A stretch of DNA of 64,000 nt from a virus (IMGVR_UViG_3300007553_000105:31773-95772); one strand, 5' to 3'; numbered from the stretch's first letter, positions 7,995 to 18,563 are shown. The notes: a model not told the origin generated them from the sequence alone. Numbers and translations are program-made.

Positions 7995-10053
7995 TCACTT
8001 CTCCAAAAAAACTTATATCGCAATTTATGTTATATTCTTCCCAATCAAAGCTCATGTCTTCTCTAACAATTTCATGATACTTCACCGCCGGATCTTCACG
8101 TGCTGTTTTGTGTTCGAATTTATGCTTTAAATATAATTCCATTTTTCCATGTTCATCAACACTGCATTCGAATTTACTGTAATAATGACTACCAATAAAT
8201 CCACCAAACTCAGCCAAGTCTTGTTCTGGATCAGTGGTCATTGAAAATTTAAATGGTCCATATACCTGGTACATTATCCACGGAATAACCAGATATTCAT
8301 TTGCTAACCCTGACTTAAGAAATTCAATATTATTGTTCTCTGCTGGTTTAAAATAATCTAGGTTTTTATTTTGCTGCTGGGCAACATAGTTTGTTGCTGG
8401 GGCATCAGACAATTTTTCAAACGTATAAAAGTCTGTTATGTTTTTTCTGTTTTGTCCGTTAAATAAAGTAGCGCCAGCATAATCCTGGCTTAAACGCAAC
8501 CATATATTCATAAATTTTAATCTTATAAATCTGTGTATGATTGTATTTTTATAATCTTTTGTAAACCAATTACTCATAAAAGTATTGTCCCAGGGTTTTT
8601 CTTTCCACTGCATATCATACTTTTGCCAGTTTAAATTTAAATCACTAAACGCTGCATCTCCACATGTCATACCAGGACTAATAGCATAGATCCATTTACG
8701 AGTATTGTGTAGTACGTGTAAACTATGCATCCATTCCTGTGGGCCTTCTGTAGGGAAGCCAACTACCCAGTTGACATGACTGCTTACGCCTGCTACGTGT
8801 GCATCACGCAAATTGTCTTCAATTTCCCATACCTTGATATTTTTCTTCATGTCAGTCAGCACTTTTTCACTACCGCTCTCAACACCAAAGCTAAGACTTA
8901 TGCACCCACTGTCTGCAATGCTTTTAAACAGGCTAGCATCCATTCGACCGTCACAACGAGCATAGCTGTTCCATCGAATATCAAGCTCGCTTTCAACTAA
9001 TTCTTCTACTAAATTTTTAAACTCTTTAAAGTTGCCGTTAGCTAAACTGTCAACAAACCAAAATCTATTAATACCATATTTGTTGACTTGGTATTTCATT
9101 TCGTCAAGTACGCGATTACTTTCTCTCCATCTGTATCTCCAGAAGTGTGTTTCTGCACAAAACGTACATTTAGCAACACAGCCCCTAGATGTTTCGATAC
9201 TTACGCCGTCACTGTGTTGATAAAGATTTAGATCAAAATCATCATAATCAGGAAATGGCAGCTGGTTTAAATCTAAACTACTTTTTAGTCCACCCAAATA
9301 TGTTACGTCATCGGACTTTGGCATTACGTTGTAATTTTCTAAAAGGGTGAGCAACTCTTGCTCGCCTTCACCACGTATTACGTAATCAATCAAGCCACGT
9401 GGTAGTCCGTGCGTATTGTGTACCAGATCATCAAACCAAGTATTAAACGCTTCAGGCCCACCAACAATGATAACCTTTTCAGGAGACAGTTGTTTTATTC
9501 TTTCTATCATATAAAGTGTTGGCAACAAGTTAGTCAGGTAAAGACTGAAACCGATAAAGTTAGTTTCGTCAGCTAGAATCTTTTGAATGTAGTCATCCAA
9601 CATGGGCTTTAAGATAGGATGCACTTCTTCACGATATACTGGCTGTTCCCATTTAAAGTAATTCTGACTATCCCAATAATCCACATCGTAAGTATCTTTA
9701 AGATAGTGATATGCTGCTACATTGATGTCATGATTGTGTACTGTGTACCCGTAGTGTTTTAGAAGACCAGTCAATCTAGCCAAGTTATAGGGCGGAAAAA
9801 TAACGCCCCATGCTGGTGCCATAACAAAACTTACACTTTCATTTGAAAGTAAACTTCTCTTAAATTCACTCCAATACTCGTAGCCGCGAGTGTTGCGAGA
9901 TTCTTTTTGCTCACTCCAATAGCTGACTGTTTTAGGACGTACTGATAAATCTCCAAGATGACTGTTGGCGTGGTTAAGACGTTTGCGGTCCTGCTCGATA
10001 ATGTGCAGTATTACCTGATCACGATCTTCGCTCTTTAGTTCATTTTCTTCCAT
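7981..10053 (-). CDS. Cobalamin (B12)-binding radical SAM protein (class B methyltransferase-like)
   Basis: B12-binding region (PPYNLARL, IGFSLY, IIVGGP, IRGEGE), ETSRGCVAKCTFC (CxxxCxxC), FGVESGS, VVGFPTE. Confidence 0.9.
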   Translation of the reverse strand: MEENELKSEDRDQVILHIIEQDRKRLNHANSHLGDLSVRPKTVSYWSEQKESRNTRGYEYWSEFKRSLLSNESVSFVMAPAWGVIFPPYNLARLTGLLKHYGYTVHNHDINVAAYHYLKDTYDVDYWDSQNYFKWEQPVYREEVHPILKPMLDDYIQKILADETNFIGFSLYLTNLLPTLYMIERIKQLSPEKVIIVGGPEAFNTWFDDLVHNTHGLPRGLIDYVIRGEGEQELLTLLENYNVMPKSDDVTYLGGLKSSLDLNQLPFPDYDDFDLNLYQHSDGVSIETSRGCVAKCTFCAETHFWRYRWRESNRVLDEMKYQVNKYGINRFWFVDSLANGNFKEFKNLVEELVESELDIRWNSYARCDGRMDASLFKSIADSGCISLSFGVESGSEKVLTDMKKNIKVWEIEDNLRDAHVAGVSSHVNWVVGFPTEGPQEWMHSLHVLHNTRKWIYAISPGMTCGDAAFSDLNLNWQKYDMQWKEKPWDNTFMSNWFTKDYKNTIIHRFIRLKFMNIWLRLSQDYAGATLFNGQNRKNITDFYTFEKLSDAPATNYVAQQQNKNLDYFKPAENNNIEFLKSGLANEYLVIPWIMYQVYGPFKFSMTTDPEQDLAEFGGFIGSHYYSKFECSVDEHGKMELYLKHKFEHKTAREDPAVKYHEIVREDMSFDWEEYNINCDISFFGEVNERN

Positions 10054-11264
10054 TCGTCTACCAGTTCTTTTAATCTAGTATGCACTAGTGTTATACTTTG
10101 CTTTCTGAGCACGTCATATGCCTCTGTTCTCTTCGCGAATTTTTTACGTTTTGTAAAGTTATCATTGCCTTCATGTTGCCCAAGTCGTTGTATTACGGCA
10201 TTAATACGGAACGTTTCTCGTTTATCATGTTCTATATCAGCTGATACCGCCATCAATTCTTCCATTATGGAAATTCTATCAGCATATGGAAGTATATCAA
10301 TTGTCATGTCACTTGGAGAGTCCACGAAGTTAAATATTAAGTTGTTGTGTGATCCGTTATCTTTCCAATACTGTACAATATTCGGAATATCATATGCGTT
10401 GTAGGCTTGCACTGTTGCTAGTAGATGAGTTCTGATACCCATGTCTAGATATTGCTGGTAAGCCGCATCGATTTTATCCCATTCTGCACCATATCTGATA
10501 TAGTCATTGGTGTATCCTACTCCGTCAATACTAAATTGAATATCTACGTCTCTAAAACTTTTAAGCCACTTCAATACTTTGCCTTGCATACGTGAGCCAT
10601 TAGTAGTTATGTCCAAATGCAAGTGTGTTTGATTATTTTCAACACACCAACGCAATAGCTTTATAACACCTGGCATAAAAAATGGTTCACCTCCAGCAAT
10701 TTTTAATATTTTTAAGTGTGGAACCCATTCAATGATATCATTGAATGTCTTATCATCTTCAATCCAATCAGTAACATCAAACCATGACTCACCAGTAACT
10801 TCTGAAAGATACGGATTGTCGCGATGTTCATCAGCTATAGTACTACTTACACCAACAAAGCACATACGACATCCAAAGTTACAAAAACGGCCCGGCCTCC
10901 AATCAACCCACGTTGGAGTACCGTAGTTGTTTCCATTTTCTACATCTATATCCCAGTCTTCAGGAGGATTGAACCATCTGTTATGTGCAGTTCTGTCACT
11001 ACCGCCGCCGTGTTCTTCAATATGATAACACGCTTTGCATTGCTCTACTTTTTTACCAGCTAACATGTCTTTACGTATTTGTTGATATGATTCACTTTTC
11101 CATAAATCTCGCATACTTACAGAAGTAATATCATCACTTAGTGGCGTTTTCCAGTCAGCTACACAGCATAGTTTAGCGTGTCCGTCTGTACCCACATGCA
11201 TGTGGTTAAATGGCATAATGCAAAAAGCATCATTTTCTTTTACCTGTGTTTTCCAATTTGACAT
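10035..11264 (-). CDS. Radical SAM protein with N-terminal twitch/SPASM-like domain
   Basis: FCIMPF...GHAKLCC...CKACY, then CNFGCRMC, AGGEPF, TTNGS, FSIDG, YIRYG. Confidence 0.88.
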   Translation of the reverse strand: MSNWKTQVKENDAFCIMPFNHMHVGTDGHAKLCCVADWKTPLSDDITSVSMRDLWKSESYQQIRKDMLAGKKVEQCKACYHIEEHGGGSDRTAHNRWFNPPEDWDIDVENGNNYGTPTWVDWRPGRFCNFGCRMCFVGVSSTIADEHRDNPYLSEVTGESWFDVTDWIEDDKTFNDIIEWVPHLKILKIAGGEPFFMPGVIKLLRWCVENNQTHLHLDITTNGSRMQGKVLKWLKSFRDVDIQFSIDGVGYTNDYIRYGAEWDKIDAAYQQYLDMGIRTHLLATVQAYNAYDIPNIVQYWKDNGSHNNLIFNFVDSPSDMTIDILPYADRISIMEELMAVSADIEHDKRETFRINAVIQRLGQHEGNDNFTKRKKFAKRTEAYDVLRKQSITLVHTRLKELVDEWKKMN

Positions 11265-12891
11265 TTTTTGCTCGCTTTTTTAAATCTGTATAGTATGTAA
11301 GTATGTCTGCAATTCCTTTAAGACTTGTTCTCCAATCCTCTTTTCTTATTTTGTCAAGAGCATCTTGACGTTTAAAGAAATTTTGAAATTCAGCTTCATC
11401 TGGTTCTTTTTCATTCATATGTACTATGATACTTTCTAGAGTTTTTTCTGTATGTCTGCACCATTCTATATCTTTAGACCAACGCTTATACATATCATCA
11501 ATGAAAGTTTTATATAGATTTTCTACAATCACTTTGACTTCGTTTGGAAGATTTTGTATATTATAAAATTTAGGCCAGTAAAGATTATGCACAACTACAT
11601 TAGTGTTAATTCTAGCATACTTTTGTTCTTTTAGCCACCAGATAAGATCCAACACATGTATTACATTCATTATACTAAGTGTCATAGTAAACGATGTAGT
11701 GGTATTTGCAAGCCTAGGGTCTTTGTCCATCTTATTAAGATTGCGTTCTACTGTTTTCCATTTACCTGGAAATCTGATATGCTCAAAGTGTTCATAGATG
11801 CCGTCGATACTCATACCAATATGCACCTCTTTAAACTGACTCCATTTTTTAAATACATCGTCAGGAATTCCTGCCATATTAGTATTGTATTCTAGAATAA
11901 TTTTATCAGCTACGCCCTGGTCAATCATATATTCCAGCAATTCTCTATGCTTTAGATTAACAGTGGGTTCTCCGCCAGTAAAATAAAATCTCTCAATAGT
12001 ATCGATATTGTTTTTGATCTGATCCCATAGCTTGCTGTTTTCAACCCAGTCAAAAACATCCTTGACTATTAATTTTTTATTTTCTTGCTCAATAACAGCA
12101 ACAGTGCCATCTTTTATTTTAAATGTATCACCTAACCCTAGATCAATATGGTCACTGTACCACTGATCACTGTCAGTGGGTCCACATGATCTGCATTTAA
12201 TATTACATTTGTTTCCAAAGCGAAGATCCCAGTATTTTATAGGAAAGTCTGAATTTTTAATTGTGCCATCTGGTTTTGTTTTTTTAACAATGTCTGATAT
12301 ATCAGAATTAAAAATAGCGTTATGTTGCTTACGCTTACTTTCAATACCATTATGCTCCTCGTCCCAGCATAATTTACAAACGTCAGGACGGTTTCCAGCC
12401 AGCATCTCGGAACGCAAATATTTCCAATTGGCAGCATTTCTATTTTTAGAAATGTCATCGTTAAAATTAAGCGGAGCGCCGTTGCTTTTTTTAATTTCAC
12501 CATATGGCATGGTGTCATCATTATAGATCATCTGACAACATGCTCTAATACTTCCGTTAGCATTAGTGGCAGCATGTACCCACGGTAGAACACAAAAGCT
12601 ATCTTTGAATTTAGGATTTGATTTTATTCTCCAAGAATCTCTAGCTGTTTGAATATCATCCATGGTTATATCAAGTCTACGCATAACGATATCATATACA
12701 TCTTGATCTGCATTTTCAGAAAAAGCACATGCTTCTACCACTGGCTCATCAGTATCATGCTCTGCGACTATTATCAAGTTTTCCTTAGGACACTCTGGAT
12801 GTGACACCATTTCAATTCTTTCCTGCATAGTTCTAAAAATTGCAGGATCAAGCGCGAAAAAACTTTCACTGCTTTCTATTTTTTTATCCAT
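11230..12891 (-). CDS. Radical SAM protein with N-terminal twitch/SPASM-like domain
   Basis: FCVLPW...GSIRACC...CKLCW, then CNIKCRSC, FTGGEP, YNTN, MSIDG, HIRFPG; paralogue of 10035..11264 with an extra ~90-aa N-terminus. Confidence 0.88.
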   Translation of the reverse strand: MDKKIESSESFFALDPAIFRTMQERIEMVSHPECPKENLIIVAEHDTDEPVVEACAFSENADQDVYDIVMRRLDITMDDIQTARDSWRIKSNPKFKDSFCVLPWVHAATNANGSIRACCQMIYNDDTMPYGEIKKSNGAPLNFNDDISKNRNAANWKYLRSEMLAGNRPDVCKLCWDEEHNGIESKRKQHNAIFNSDISDIVKKTKPDGTIKNSDFPIKYWDLRFGNKCNIKCRSCGPTDSDQWYSDHIDLGLGDTFKIKDGTVAVIEQENKKLIVKDVFDWVENSKLWDQIKNNIDTIERFYFTGGEPTVNLKHRELLEYMIDQGVADKIILEYNTNMAGIPDDVFKKWSQFKEVHIGMSIDGIYEHFEHIRFPGKWKTVERNLNKMDKDPRLANTTTSFTMTLSIMNVIHVLDLIWWLKEQKYARINTNVVVHNLYWPKFYNIQNLPNEVKVIVENLYKTFIDDMYKRWSKDIEWCRHTEKTLESIIVHMNEKEPDEAEFQNFFKRQDALDKIRKEDWRTSLKGIADILTYYTDLKKRAKNVKLENTGKRK

Positions 12892-13717
12892 TTAAATTAC
12901 CGTTCATAATCAGTAGATTGTTATTTGCAATCCATTCATTTATTTGCTCACTAGCACTAGCTGTGTCAAACAAAGGTAGTATCTCTTTTATATTATTACA
13001 GAAATTTTCTGCCCTGTCAATAAGAGAATCGATATTCACGGTGATATAATCGTCAAATATTTGCGAAAGATACGTGGGAAGAACATTACTTTGATATGAT
13101 ATCGATTCGGCTTGAATTATTTCGTATGTTTTAATATCATCGCAGTGTTCATAGTTATTTATATTGCCATTTTCTGATAAAAATGTATTTGCGGTCAGTA
13201 GCTCATGTAACCAAACCCATTCATACTGATGTGCCCAATTTATTAAAATATCAGCGTTAGTCTTTGAACACTTATTATTAACCTTTGTCATTATGAATTC
13301 ATAATCAACTGAAGATGATTGTATTTTGTGTGCAAGTTTTTTAAATGTTAGCCTTGCGAAATAATCAAACTCTTTTTTAACTGTTAGATGTATAACCTTC
13401 ATATTAGGAAAGTATTTCCAATAGTATTTGGCAAAGAATAGACTTGGATGATCTCTGAAAATATATCTGCCATCTCCGCATAGTTCTGAATTTTTAATCC
13501 AGGTATCCGGATCTTCTACGTTACCCCAATTGGCTGAGTAATCCAATAGTGTTTCATAATGTGTTTGATTTCGTTCTGTATTTAAAAAGGACCTGCCTTT
13601 TACCATGTCGCTAGTATTATATGCGATGGTCTTGGTTAAAAATTCACCGCCGGTGCCACTACTGTAAAGAATTAATACAGGAAACGATTCATTGATTTTT
13701 AAAGTATTCAATTTCAT
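12884..13717 (-). CDS. Hypothetical protein (possible P-loop / sulfotransferase-like N-terminus)
   Basis: VLILYSSGTGGEFL N-terminal strand-loop-helix; overlaps both neighbours. Confidence 0.5.
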   Translation of the reverse strand: MKLNTLKINESFPVLILYSSGTGGEFLTKTIAYNTSDMVKGRSFLNTERNQTHYETLLDYSANWGNVEDPDTWIKNSELCGDGRYIFRDHPSLFFAKYYWKYFPNMKVIHLTVKKEFDYFARLTFKKLAHKIQSSSVDYEFIMTKVNNKCSKTNADILINWAHQYEWVWLHELLTANTFLSENGNINNYEHCDDIKTYEIIQAESISYQSNVLPTYLSQIFDDYITVNIDSLIDRAENFCNNIKEILPLFDTASASEQINEWIANNNLLIMNGNLNG

Positions 13718-15071
13718 TTTCGGTATATCCCACTAATTTAGAACTATCAGAGATGTCTCTAATAGGAACCAAACTCATCATGCCTTTCATTCTTCCATTT
13801 GCACCTGGCAAATGTAACATGTCCAAATCTAAAATTCGTTGTTTTAATTTTAACGCACGATCTAAGAATCCAGGTGGCACCATTAATTTTATTTCAAGCC
13901 AGTGATCGTCATCATGTTCATTATAATGATCCATTATAATTTTGCAATTTTCAATAAATCTATCTTCATTGCCGCGGTATAGATCCATGCTGGCAAAGTG
14001 TGCGCTCATATTAATACTGTTTACATACTGTGCAGCTTCCTGCCAAAACTTATTACTGCGGCTTCCATTTGTGGTCACCAATACCCATTGATTGCGCTTC
14101 TTAAGATGTTTAAGTATTTCTATAAAGTCAGGATGCATAGTGGGTTCGCCACCACCGAAATTCCATCTGATAGAATTTCCATATGACCAGTGATCAATAA
14201 TCATATCAATAGACGTAATTATAGATTCTTTTGTAGGGAATTTTTCTGTGTTACTGTGTACTGCTGGCCAACAGTAATCACAGTTGTAGTTACATCTTCT
14301 TCCCAGATCCCATAGGACCTGATATGGAATAGGGAAATTCATTTCCACGCCAACTATGTCATTGGACTCAATTGTGTCACGATAGTTTTCTGTACGCACA
14401 GTACCATCACTACCATGTAGCGTAACATCTAATAAAGACATATACTTTGTTTCAGACACTTTACTTAAAATTACATCAGCACCGCAGCCACAACTATTAA
14501 ACGGGCATATCAAGTAATCGTCAGGTATATCAAACCCCTCACGTATATTTCCCATCAGACCCCAAGTCTTGGCTGTATCTGCCAATGTACTTTCCCATTT
14601 CCATGCACTGGAATTAATATCCAACCCTTCGGGTTTAGTCATATTTTTACCAAGGTTAGAAAAGAATCTCTCTTCAGCTTGTTTAAGGGCGGCCTGTAGT
14701 TTTATATGCTGTTCACATGTTTCCCAGCCTTGCTTTGGCAATGGCCAACTACCCTCTGTATTTTCGTTGTACCAGTTAATGTGGGGATATGGGCCAAAGA
14801 TTCTTTCTCTTTCTATTCTCCATTCCTCTACAACTTTATCATAGTGAGCAGTACTATTTCTATTGGCACTAGCACAGTTTGCCGCCCATATATTTCCATC
14901 ATAATCAATGTAAAGCCCACGCACACCTGCGCTGCATTTCCAACCCTTCCATTGATTATATCCGCGGGCGATTGACTCGTCAACACTTACTCGTGTATAG
15001 ACACCATCACTATTGTAAATGCGCAACTGCTTATTGTCTAGTGGAACATTTGGATTGCTAATTATTGCCAT
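13689..15071 (-). CDS. Radical SAM protein with N-terminal auxiliary-cluster (SPASM/twitch-like) domain
   Basis: WKGWKCSAG...IDYDGNIWAANC...CPFNSCGCGAD, then CNYNCDYC, GGGEPT, TTNGSR. Confidence 0.87.
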   Translation of the reverse strand: MAIISNPNVPLDNKQLRIYNSDGVYTRVSVDESIARGYNQWKGWKCSAGVRGLYIDYDGNIWAANCASANRNSTAHYDKVVEEWRIERERIFGPYPHINWYNENTEGSWPLPKQGWETCEQHIKLQAALKQAEERFFSNLGKNMTKPEGLDINSSAWKWESTLADTAKTWGLMGNIREGFDIPDDYLICPFNSCGCGADVILSKVSETKYMSLLDVTLHGSDGTVRTENYRDTIESNDIVGVEMNFPIPYQVLWDLGRRCNYNCDYCWPAVHSNTEKFPTKESIITSIDMIIDHWSYGNSIRWNFGGGEPTMHPDFIEILKHLKKRNQWVLVTTNGSRSNKFWQEAAQYVNSINMSAHFASMDLYRGNEDRFIENCKIIMDHYNEHDDDHWLEIKLMVPPGFLDRALKLKQRILDLDMLHLPGANGRMKGMMSLVPIRDISDSSKLVGYTENEIEYFKNQ

Positions 15072-16002
15072 GGGTATTCTTTTCTAAATGTGATATTATG
15101 ATGTCAGCAAGTATACGGTGTTCTTCTGGTCCCAAGTGTCCTAAACGATTACCAGGCCATAAATGCGGGTCACCATATAATCCTTGGCATATCCACTTTT
15201 TAAAAGAAGTTGGTTGTTTGGTATTTGTGGTGTCGAACAGTTCAATTCTTTCAAATTTAATTATATCATGATTATTAACATAATCATCAAATAATTTTAA
15301 ATTATTTCCTAGATTGACTTGTAATGTATATTCAGGGGTATTAAAATCACCATAAAAGTCAGGTTTAAATAGTTTTTCAGTTGGCCATTCGAGGTATTTG
15401 TTGATGAGATGTAATACTTCTTCATCACAATCGAAATGGAAATTTACAGGTATTGCCCCTTTACTTTTTATTATTGCATTGGCAGAGTGGAATATCTGTA
15501 AAAAATCTATTGCACGATATACTCTTTTTCCGTAGTATCTCTCATATGAATCAGATATGCTAATTACGGTTTCGTCAGTATGATTATCGATAAACTGATG
15601 CGAACTATTTTGTTTTTCTACTTTAGCAAAAAAATGATTATATATTTCAGTAAATTTTGAATGCGTCTCTTGCATTGCAAGAACTTTTAACGCATGATAT
15701 GAATTAAACACATCTGAATGTATGGTGTCTGAATCTGATATTGCAATATAATTGTCGCGATCAAAATATGTCCAAGACAATAAACATAAATCACCAGGTT
15801 GTACATGTTCAATCACATTCAACAACATTTGCTTGTTGCTTCCTCCTGATCGGGCTGACATAGATACTGTCTTACCATAATGGGCAGCCACCAAATTTCC
15901 AAACGACAGTTCTATACTTTTCTTGGTCCAACCAATAGACGGGCCTTCTATCTCTGCCCCTGTTGCATGACTGCATCCAAAACTTACAATTCTGTTAAAC
16001 AT
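15058..16002 (-). CDS. SGNH/GDSL hydrolase-like protein
   Basis: VSFGCSHATG (block I), SGGSN (block II), C-terminal GHLGPEEHRILAD (block V). Confidence 0.65.
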   Translation of the reverse strand: MFNRIVSFGCSHATGAEIEGPSIGWTKKSIELSFGNLVAAHYGKTVSMSARSGGSNKQMLLNVIEHVQPGDLCLLSWTYFDRDNYIAISDSDTIHSDVFNSYHALKVLAMQETHSKFTEIYNHFFAKVEKQNSSHQFIDNHTDETVISISDSYERYYGKRVYRAIDFLQIFHSANAIIKSKGAIPVNFHFDCDEEVLHLINKYLEWPTEKLFKPDFYGDFNTPEYTLQVNLGNNLKLFDDYVNNHDIIKFERIELFDTTNTKQPTSFKKWICQGLYGDPHLWPGNRLGHLGPEEHRILADIIISHLEKNTHGNN

Positions 16003-16621
16003 CTCTACTTATAATCATCCTTATTACACCAAAGTAAGGGTCACGATTTACGGTGGCGTTAAAAACATGCTCTACATCTTCTGCTAGATTTCGGTTTTTA
16101 AACATATATCCTCGTTCATATTTAAGATATCTTTCTATTTCTTCTCTAGTAGATTCCTTTTGCCCATGCCAAAAATATTTGACATCTCCAACGTCTTTCC
16201 AATCTTCAGCAGTGCGTAGTCCGTCCAGAGATTGATTTTCATTTAATGTCACGTACAATGTCTTGCATTTTTTAAGCGCGATTCTAATATTGTTTTTGAT
16301 ATCATTCCAGTGCATACTGTTAATTGCAACACCATATTCAAATTCTGGAATACCTTCCCATACACTACATGGCCAGTCCTCAAACACTGCGCCGCGATAG
16401 TCAGCTTCAAAACTGTTGTCATATCCGTATATTTCTTTATGTGGAAATACAACTTTTAAATTATTGTCTCCGCATCCGATATCAAGTATAGGAGTATTAA
16501 TTGATTCTATGTAATCATATAAGGTGTCAATCATACAGTATGGAGTAAAATCTATACGCCTTGCTGTCAAGTTTGTTATTCTAACATAAAACTTCCAGGT
16601 ATCAGAGTACGTTTGAATCAT
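15995..16621 (-). CDS. Class I SAM-dependent methyltransferase-like protein
   Basis: ILDIGCGDN, IYGYD, VAINSMHW. Confidence 0.72.
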   Translation of the reverse strand: MIQTYSDTWKFYVRITNLTARRIDFTPYCMIDTLYDYIESINTPILDIGCGDNNLKVVFPHKEIYGYDNSFEADYRGAVFEDWPCSVWEGIPEFEYGVAINSMHWNDIKNNIRIALKKCKTLYVTLNENQSLDGLRTAEDWKDVGDVKYFWHGQKESTREEIERYLKYERGYMFKNRNLAEDVEHVFNATVNRDPYFGVIRMIISRDV

Positions 16622-17663
16622 GCACCACCCCGTTAGTTACACATACTTCGTTTTCATTGTCTTCATCATCAATGATTTCATATCTGTTTTCAGGTAACAC
16701 TTTTTTACACATGATATCAAAGTTACAGTGACAAAAACTTTTGTTACAACGTATGGGGGCAACAGGAAATTTTACTTGTTCTGGATATTGAATATAACCA
16801 ACATGCCCACCTACACGGCACCAACCTCTCCACACTGAGCCATCGAAATCAACAATAATCTGTTCTACTCCTGCCCAACAATCCCAGCCCTTCCAGTTGT
16901 TCATGTTGTTAGAAATAAACCTGTGTGCGCTGCTATTTTGCTTTAGATTGTTCACTGTGTCATGCATGTCCATACTGCCACGATATAAAACAAACTGCTT
17001 ATCGTGTTCAATTTTAGAACCAAACATGTTGAATTGTTCGTCGAATATACGATTCTGTTCCGCAGTATATTCATATTTTACTTCACCGAAATCCACTACT
17101 AGTGGCTGAAATGCTAGGCTGATGTTTTTGACCTTAGTCAGTCTTTCCGCCAGTTCAACTCCTTTATCAAACAATTCAATATCAGTATGTCCCATGATGT
17201 TCACATGTGTTCTACATTCCGCAACCATTATTTCAACAATTTTAATAAAGTGTTCAACTTCAGCATGTTCTGGATGAAAACTCAAACATACATGATCGAA
17301 ATTATGCTTATTTGATTCCCACCAGCGCACACTACGACTTCCGTTACTGATGAAGCCAATGTCATGCCCTTTACTTTTGATGTATGCAGCGCATTTAACA
17401 AAGTCTTTCCAAAGTGTAACTTCGCCACCAGTAAATTCATAATATACTTTGCGTGGAGCATAATGATCTGATACAGCGTCAATGAATCCTTTGACGATTT
17501 CAAAATCATTCCATCCATAGCTGCCATCATTCAAAATACTTGGGCAATAACTGCAACTATAGTTACACATATTGCCTAGATTCCAATTTACCACCACCCA
17601 ATCTTTTGCTGATTCATGATGATGATCTAATATATTATAAAAATTTTGTGGGCCTAGTGGCAT
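16602..17663 (-). CDS. Radical SAM protein with C-terminal SPASM/twitch-like domain
   Basis: CNYSCSYC, FTGGEVT, SNGSR, then WKGWDCWAG...DFDGSVWRGWC...CNKSFCHCNFD. Confidence 0.88.
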   Translation of the reverse strand: MPLGPQNFYNILDHHHESAKDWVVVNWNLGNMCNYSCSYCPSILNDGSYGWNDFEIVKGFIDAVSDHYAPRKVYYEFTGGEVTLWKDFVKCAAYIKSKGHDIGFISNGSRSVRWWESNKHNFDHVCLSFHPEHAEVEHFIKIVEIMVAECRTHVNIMGHTDIELFDKGVELAERLTKVKNISLAFQPLVVDFGEVKYEYTAEQNRIFDEQFNMFGSKIEHDKQFVLYRGSMDMHDTVNNLKQNSSAHRFISNNMNNWKGWDCWAGVEQIIVDFDGSVWRGWCRVGGHVGYIQYPEQVKFPVAPIRCNKSFCHCNFDIMCKKVLPENRYEIIDDEDNENEVCVTNGVVHDSNVL

Positions 17664-17675
17664 AAGTTAATCCTT

Positions 17676-18563
17676 TTACACCGCCATTGGTGCTTTAATA
17701 CTGTCCATCGGGGTATACCCAATTAACTTGTAATCGCTAGTACGTGTATTTAATAGTTCTTCCAGGCTGCTGAAAGCTGGCATTAGCAAAAATGGTCGTT
17801 CATGTGGTTCACGTTGCAACTGTTGTTCAACTGCATCCCAGTGGTTATTATAGATATGCGCATCGCCAATTGTGTGTACAAACTCACCAACTTGCAATCC
17901 TGATAAGTGTGCTAGCATATGTGTTAATAGTGCATAGCTAGCGATATTAAATGGTACTCCCAAGAACAGGTCTGCACTACGCTGATATAGTTGACAAGAT
18001 AGCTTGCCATTTATAACTCTAAACTGTGCCATAGTATGACATGGTGGAAGTGTCATAAGACCAATCTGGTTAGGCTCCCATGCGCTAAGAATGAGGCGCC
18101 TACTGTCTGGATTGGTCTTAATTTCATTAATAAGCCAACTGATCTGATCTGTGCCACCACTGTCTGCATCTCTGGCCCAATTGCTGCTACCAAAATGACG
18201 CCACTGCCAGCCATAAACTGGGCCAAGTTCTTTTACAGTGTCAGTGTTGGTATATCCTAGTGCAGCCCCTTGTGCATCAGCATTTGCAGTCCAGATAGTC
18301 TGTTTGCCAATTAGTTCGCTGCGATCTTTTTCAAATGTAATTTCAGCAAGCCTGCGTTCATCTGTGGAACCTTCCAAAAACCACAACAGTTCTCCCACTA
18401 CTGCACGCCATGCCAGGCGTTTAGTAGTAACTGCTGGAAATCCTTTTTCCAAATTGAATCTCATCTGATAACCAAACACACTGCGTGTACCTACACCAGT
18501 GCGATCAGTGACATCCTCACCAAAGTCTCTAATATAGCGCAATGCGCCCAAGTATTGTAGCAT
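17676..18563 (-). CDS. thyA: Thymidylate synthase
   Basis: DRTGVGT, ELLWF, LGPVYGWQWR, DSRR, LPPCH, YQRSADLFLGVPFNIASY, GDAHIY. Confidence 0.97.
   Translation of the reverse strand: MLQYLGALRYIRDFGEDVTDRTGVGTRSVFGYQMRFNLEKGFPAVTTKRLAWRAVVGELLWFLEGSTDERRLAEITFEKDRSELIGKQTIWTANADAQGAALGYTNTDTVKELGPVYGWQWRHFGSSNWARDADSGGTDQISWLINEIKTNPDSRRLILSAWEPNQIGLMTLPPCHTMAQFRVINGKLSCQLYQRSADLFLGVPFNIASYALLTHMLAHLSGLQVGEFVHTIGDAHIYNNHWDAVEQQLQREPHERPFLLMPAFSSLEELLNTRTSDYKLIGYTPMDSIKAPMAV

Noticed and set aside
16602-17663. Viperin-like antiviral enzyme
   Set aside because: The CNYxCxYC spacing is similar, but the Cys-rich auxiliary domain and the permuted paralogue point to a SPASM/twitch-type enzyme; cannot be supported without a profile search.
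17676-18563. dCMP hydroxymethylase / modified-base synthase
   Set aside because: Retains the dUMP-specific Asn motif (PFNIASY) and is paired with DHFR, so it is canonical ThyA.
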